This document shows, one piece after another, positions 57,241-64,000 of a stretch of DNA of 64,000 nt (position 1 is its first letter; every line of letters starts with the position of its first letter). The notes under the pieces were generated by a model that worked only from the letters and a program-made list of their open reading frames with translations, had not been told where the DNA came from and did not search any database. The stretch is from Eledone cirrhosa (taxonomy: Eukaryota). The stretch covers positions 202,182,001 to 202,246,000 of the forward strand of contig OZ024743.1 of NCBI GenBank assembly GCA_964016885.1, read 5' to 3'. A program made the position numbers and the translations under genes.

Positions 57241-58323
57241 AGCCTAAAGCAAGATCGGAAAATAGAATTTTTTTTTTTCAGATTTTGGCAAATACAATAA
57301 AGACGACTGTGTCTTTACTGAAATTAAACTAATTTCATGTGTCCAGACTGGAAACCAAAAGAACATTTCTTCACGCGGGGTAAGAAGATGCTCTGCACTA
57401 TCAATGATTAAGAGTGCCATTATTAATCAGAAACGAGGTGAAGAAGGACTTAGAACATAAAGTCAAAAGATTTCATTTACTAGGTTGTGATATACACATC
57501 TTCAATAATTATTCAATAGATATTCTGTCCAGGCGAATTCTAGTAGTATGGGGAATTATGGGAAAGCCCTAACCCTACATCAATATCAAAATAAACACAA
57601 AAGACCTAACTTTGAATATTAAAATGCCGTGAAAAGAATTTCGACAAAAAAATTTATATGAATGTAAGTATGAATAAAAACAAAGAGTTAATGAAAAACT
57701 AAAGAACAATCAATGAAAAACTAAAAACAATCAATGAAAACATCTGCCAAGAAGGAAGAACTATAAATATAATTATGGTTAACAGAACTTGATAAAATAC
57801 CAAAGTGTGGGAGGTAGGCTTCTTGTTCATAATCATACATACATGTATACACACATACAAACATACAAACATACATACATACATATTTACATACATACAT
57901 ACACACACATAAATATCTGAATATATACATATATACATATATATATGCATACATACATACATCATACATACACAGACAAACACACACATATATATATATC
58001 TTATGCGTGTGTCTATGTGTGAGTTTATGAGTTTGTGTAATTATGTATACTAGCTGAAAAACCACACTCGTGTGGTTTTCTGGTAGCATGTGTAGTGTGT
58101 ATATTGATATTATACGCAAGTATATATAAATATAGATATGATGCATCAAATAAAATCGTAATTGACAATATGAACAGAAATTGAACGAAGACGTTGTTAC
58201 ACTGTCTTATGTAATCAGTAACGTAATCCATGATACATTAAAAAAAGAAGATATTATATATAAACTGCACTGGGAGAAAATTAGTGACAGAAAATGAGTA
58301 TGTTTATTTAAGCGATCGCCACT

Positions 58324-58500
<177 letters not shown>

Positions 58501-58507
58501 GTATATA

Positions 58508-58620
<113 letters not shown>

Positions 58621-58634
58621 GTATATATATATGT

Positions 58635-58693
<59 letters not shown>

Positions 58694-58698
<5 letters not shown>

Positions 58699-58861
58699 AG
58701 AGTCAGGACCCCGACGGCTGAGCTCCAGCCGTTTCGACAGGTAGATCTGAAACGGCCGAAGCTCAGCCGTCGGGGTCCTGACTCTTTTCATTTTACCCAC
58801 TCTACTACCCTAAGTATCGAGTACTCTGGTGCATAATGGTGCATCTGGTGTCTTACCACAC

Positions 58862-58866
<5 letters not shown>
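58694..58866 (+). mobile_element. Small fold-back of PLE family A variant
   Basis: 58694-58733 is the inverse of 58749-58790; tail to 58866; (TA)n flanks. Confidence 0.82.
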
Positions 58867-58913
<47 letters not shown>

Positions 58914-60064
58914 TGTGTGTGTGTGCATGTGTGCGTGCGTGTGTGTGTGGAGTGTGTATGCAGTCATACCCATGTGTGTATCTTAGGGGAGTATATATCT
59001 TCTTGGATAAGAGGATTCTTTATCATAGTTTCTTTTTCTTTTTGGGGGAGTAACTGAGGTAAGTTCTGCAACCATAGAAACTATTCAGATATATCTACCG
59101 AATTAATGGTTATTACATGCCTTGGATTGTTTAATGGATCTTATAGGTATGCTCTACATGTAATGTGCAAGCAACGAAAATAATAATTATTGAATATTGT
59201 TGCAAATGTATTTATTAATAGGTTTTGATATATAAGCCACTCCGCAGCTTTGCTGTTACTTGTGCATTGGAGGGGAAATTAACAAGCAACATTCAACGAT
59301 AAGCAGGAAAATGTTAAAATCGACTTCACGCTAACGAAAATCGTTGATAAAATGTTTTGCGGAAACACACCCGCCATTTTGTTTTGATACAGCTAATTCT
59401 GGATATACAGGAGAAGACGTTTCAATGGCTTTAGTTTCCACTGATCATAGTATTCTCTAGGAACAAAGTCTTCCATTATAACGGTTCATTGACATTATAT
59501 CACGAATACTTACATTGAATCGAATTTTGAAAAGACAAGGAAAGTTTTTGATCGATTTTGTCTTTCAACAAATCCAAAGACGTTGTTGGCCTTTACATTA
59601 TAGTAATGTTGCGGTTATTCTTATAGCTATACTGCTGGTTGTTGTTGTAGGTTTTGTATGTATGTTGAGATGCTTAGGAGATTATTTCTAAGGTCTTTAA
59701 AAGTCAAATGACGGAGCAAAGGTGATTCAGTAATAGCTCAAACTACGTGACTAGCAAAGCGATTAACTTATGAACTGTGTCAAATTTTCTAGAGGATTAA
59801 TTAAGTAGATGCTTCTAAATATTATGTATTCAAAGCTATTTGAATATCATCTTTGAGTTTTCTAAGTAGGATATTTAGATAAGTCGAGAACTAACTGCTG
59901 TCAATGACAAGTTATGTTATCACTGTTCTATAGATTTCTACAATGTATCAGCCAAGAAGAAGAACTAACACGTAATTAAATATATCTGCAGTAATGTAGA
60001 AACGAAGTTCTCATTTACTTTGAAATTCATTTATGTTATTAGTTGTTATGTTGAACACACACAT

Positions 60065-60098
<34 letters not shown>

Positions 60099-60100
<2 letters not shown>

Positions 60101-60234
60101 CGAAGGAAATGTGGTAAGGAACCAGGTGGACCATAACGCACCAAAGTACTCAATACTTAGGGTAATAGACTAGGTAATAGAAACGAGTAGGACCCCGACG
60201 GCTGAGTTCAGCCGTCGGGGTCCTACTCGTTCCT
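60099..60234 (-). mobile_element. Minimal fold-back of PLE family A
   Basis: Tail plus palindrome GACCCCGACGGCTGAGTTCAGCCGTCGGGGTC centred on hammerhead loop III. Confidence 0.85.
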
Positions 60235-60235
60235 C

Positions 60236-60349
<114 letters not shown>

Positions 60350-60598
60350 AATATATATATATACATATAAATATATATATATATATATATATACATATAA
60401 ATATATATATATATATATAAATAATAAATGTTCGGTAAATCCATACGTACATATATATATGTGCGCATTTATGTATATATATATACATACTACTGTACGT
60501 CTGTATATATATATATATGTATGTACGTATACATACTTATATTTAAGTAATGGCCGTACAAAGACTGAGAAATGAAATTTCGTTTCATTTTTTCCGTT

Positions 60599-60664
<66 letters not shown>

Positions 60665-60695
60665 CAAATGGAAACTATATTTATAAAACCATATT

Positions 60696-60761
60696 TATTT
60701 CATTATACATATTTCAAGGGCCACAAGAGAAAACTATAGTGCGCTTTCATCAGCTAAAATA
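60696..60761 (-). ncRNA. Type I hammerhead, family H variant
   Basis: Minus strand TATTTTAG-CTGATGA-AAG...CTT-GAAA-TATGTA-TA-ATGAAATA; stem II AAG/CTT versus AGG/CCT at 32968. Confidence 0.65.
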
Positions 60762-61461
60762 TAATATCGGTTAGTTTTATAAATAAATATTGACATACCC
60801 TTAAAAAATGCAACCCTTCTGGTTGGAATCTCCTGGATAGTTTGCTTGTTGTATCCCAAAAAATTAAATACAACCTCTACATATATATATATATATATAC
60901 AATTATAAATTTAGCGAGAATCGCATTTCGGCGGGTAGAAATTGGCGAAACGCAATTTCAGTATTGTGCAGACAAGCGCTCCATGGATATGAAGATACCA
61001 GAGCTATAAACATAAGTTAAAATGGTCATACAAACTGAGACGATGGTTAAGAAGCCATTAACCACCTTAGCCAAAAAAGCGAACAAGCTAAACGGGTCAA
61101 ACAAAATCAGATATGATTGAAATAGTTACCCGGATTCTCGGGGAATATGGAATACTCCGATAATTGGGTTTCTGAAACACCTAAATCAATAGTACTGTCT
61201 GCTTGTAAAAAATAATCTTTTGGTATGATGATAGAACAAGGCATCGTTTTCTCAACAGGCATTTTGCTCTTCGTGCGCAAGAATCTCACAGGTTATGAAA
61301 GCAGATGTGAGGTTCTAAGGGAAGGAAACCCCTATTTTGGCCAGTGAATTCAGCATGCAGTCTTATTCCATTTATTGCAAACATTTGCAAAAACAGCACA
61401 AAAAGAATATAGCTCTCGACCGAGTTGTTTCTAAAATAAACTTAAGATATTAATCAGTCAA

Positions 61462-61561
<100 letters not shown>

Positions 61562-61615
61562 TTAAAAAATAATGAATAAAACAATGAAACAGTTCCTTAT
61601 ATTAAACAAAAAAAG

Positions 61616-61768
61616 TTCATTATTTAACGATCGTTTCTAGGACATATATGTGTTAGAATTGGCATGCATATTCAACAGATCTATGTACAAAATTATACAA
61701 AATTATACAAACTATCAAATTTAATATACATACCAACACATATATATGCCGTCTTCAGAAATAATGAA
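61616..61768 (-). ncRNA. Type I hammerhead, family C (inverted arm)
   Basis: Reverse complement of 63823-63975. Confidence 0.78.
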
Positions 61769-62433
61769 ATATATTTATTGATAATAACAACAATTCAAAA
61801 TTACAGGTCTGTTTGGGAACAGAGTTCAAATTGACCAATGAAATACACAAAAATATATCCAGAAAATACAGTTAGGTGTGTGTATATATGTAACTTCGTT
61901 CACAGATATGCATAAAAATATATGTTCACACACGCGCATATACGCATAAACATACACATAACCACGAACATATACACACACACACACCCACACACACACA
62001 CACACATATATGTGTATATATTATTATCATAAGCATATGGACATTAAGGCACGCACATAAGCACTGCCACATATATTTAGATCCAGATACAGAAAGTAGG
62101 TGGGGGGGGGGACAATATTTACGGGTGTCAGACAAACTGCCTATTTATAAAATGTACGTATGTATATGTAGGTAGGTATGTATGTTTGGGTGCTTGTATG
62201 TGAGTATAAAAATACATATGTGCGCATGTAGATAAGGGTGTATGATTGTGTATATATATATATATATATGTGTATATATATATATATGTATGTATGTATA
62301 TATGTGTATATATATATGTGTGTATATGTATGTATATGTATATGTCTATGTGTATGTGTGTGTGTGTATATATATGCGTATGTGTGCGTGTATATGTGAG
62401 TATATATATATATATATTTGTAATTGATGTGTG

Positions 62434-62470
<37 letters not shown>

Positions 62471-62549
62471 GTGCATAATTGTCTGACTGTGTGTATTTAT
62501 TTATTTATTTATTTTTTATCTATTTTATATATATGTATATATGTATATG

Positions 62550-62612
<63 letters not shown>

Positions 62613-62667
62613 GTGTGTATGTATATGTGTGTGTGTGTGTGTATATATATTTATGTGTGTATATATA

Positions 62668-62710
<43 letters not shown>

Positions 62711-62862
62711 GTGTGTATGTATATCTCTTTATTTATGTATGTCTGAGTTGTGTGAGCGTGTGGTTGTATGTGTATATGCATACATGGATGTGTGTGTGTG
62801 TGTATATATGCGTATATGTATGTGTATGTGTGTGTGTATATATATATGTGTATGTATGTATG

Positions 62863-62913
<51 letters not shown>

Positions 62914-63822
62914 GTGTGTGTGTATATGTGTGTGTGTATGTGTGTGTGTATATATATATATATATGGGTATGTATGTGTATATGTGTATGTACATGTGTG
63001 TGTGTGTATATATATATATATGTGTGTTGTGAATATATGTATATATATATATATGTGTGTATGTATATGTGTCTGTGTATTTATATGTGTATATGTATGT
63101 GTCTATCTATATATATGTGTGTGTATATATGTGTATATATATGTGTATATATATATATATGTATGTGTATATATATATATATATATATATGTATATCGAT
63201 GTGTATTTTATATTTTACTTGTTTATATATATATATTTTTTTTTTTAATATTCTTCTTTTTATTTCTAAATTTATAGATACATTTTATAAATAGGCAGTT
63301 TGTCTGACACCCGTAAATACTGACCCCCCCCACCTACTTTCTGTATCTGGATCTAAATATATGTGGCAGTGCTTATGTGCGCGCCTTAATGTCCATATGC
63401 TTATGATAATAATATATACACATATATGTGTGTGTGTGTGTGTGGGTGTGTGTGTGTGTATATGTTCGTGGTTATGTGTATGTTTATGCGTATATGCGCG
63501 TGTGTGTGTGAATGTATGTTTATGTGTGTATGTATGAATGTACATATGTTTATATACGGGTATGTATTTTATCTGTAGATTATAAACATACAGAGACATT
63601 AGCCCTGAATTTTTGTATTTACATACATTTTTTCGACATGCGTATGCATGTGAACATATATATTTTTTTTTTTATGCATCTCTGTGAACGAAGTTACTTA
63701 CATATATACACACACCTAACTGTCTTTTCTGGATATATTTTTATGTATTTCATTGGTCAATTTGAACTCTGTTCCCAAACAGACCTGTAATTTTGAATTG
63801 TTGTTATTATCAATAAATATAT

Positions 63823-63975
63823 TTCATTATTTCTGAAGACGGCATATATATGTGTTGGTATGTATATTAAATTTGATAGTTTGTATAATTTTGTATAATT
63901 TTGTACATAGATCTGTTGAATATGCATGCCAATTCTAACACATATATGTCCTAGAAACGATCGTTAAATAATGAA
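63823..63975 (+). ncRNA. Type I hammerhead, family C
   Basis: TTCATTATTT-CTGAAGA...GAAA-CGATCG-TT-AAATAATGAA with long stem II. Confidence 0.8.
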
Positions 63976-64000
63976 CTTTTTTTTTTTAATATAAGGAACT

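Noticed and set aside
59370-59382. YY1-like CCGCCATTTT motif
   Set aside because: Single short match with no adjacent gene or other promoter evidence.

Overview
AT-rich animal genomic DNA with no recognisable host gene. The microsatellite load and SINE types suggest a cephalopod such as an octopus (inference only). Nearly all listed ORFs are translations of (TA/TG/CA)n repeats. Real coding remnants are all transposon-derived: two near-full-length, disrupted Tx1-clade LINEs (10618-16221, 49624-55385), two 5'-truncated Penelope-like (PLE) RT/GIY-YIG ORFs (29869-31102, 36228-37542), an internally deleted Helitron (43406-44853) and older LINE debris. Several tRNA-derived SINEs are also present. 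The main hidden structure is about 20 type I hammerhead ribozyme motifs from about 9 unrelated PLE terminal-repeat families (labels A-K are my own, assigned by eye). Many sit in asymmetric fold-back insertions inside (TA)n tracts. These families share a 3'-tail stem-loop with a 2-nt pyrimidine bulge, placed just after a fixed breakpoint. Several have non-canonical cores (U3-A8 swap, U.U or C.A at 10.1-11.1, very long stem II). At least one family carries a kb-long TA/TG array internally. All folds were made by eye and no database search was run.
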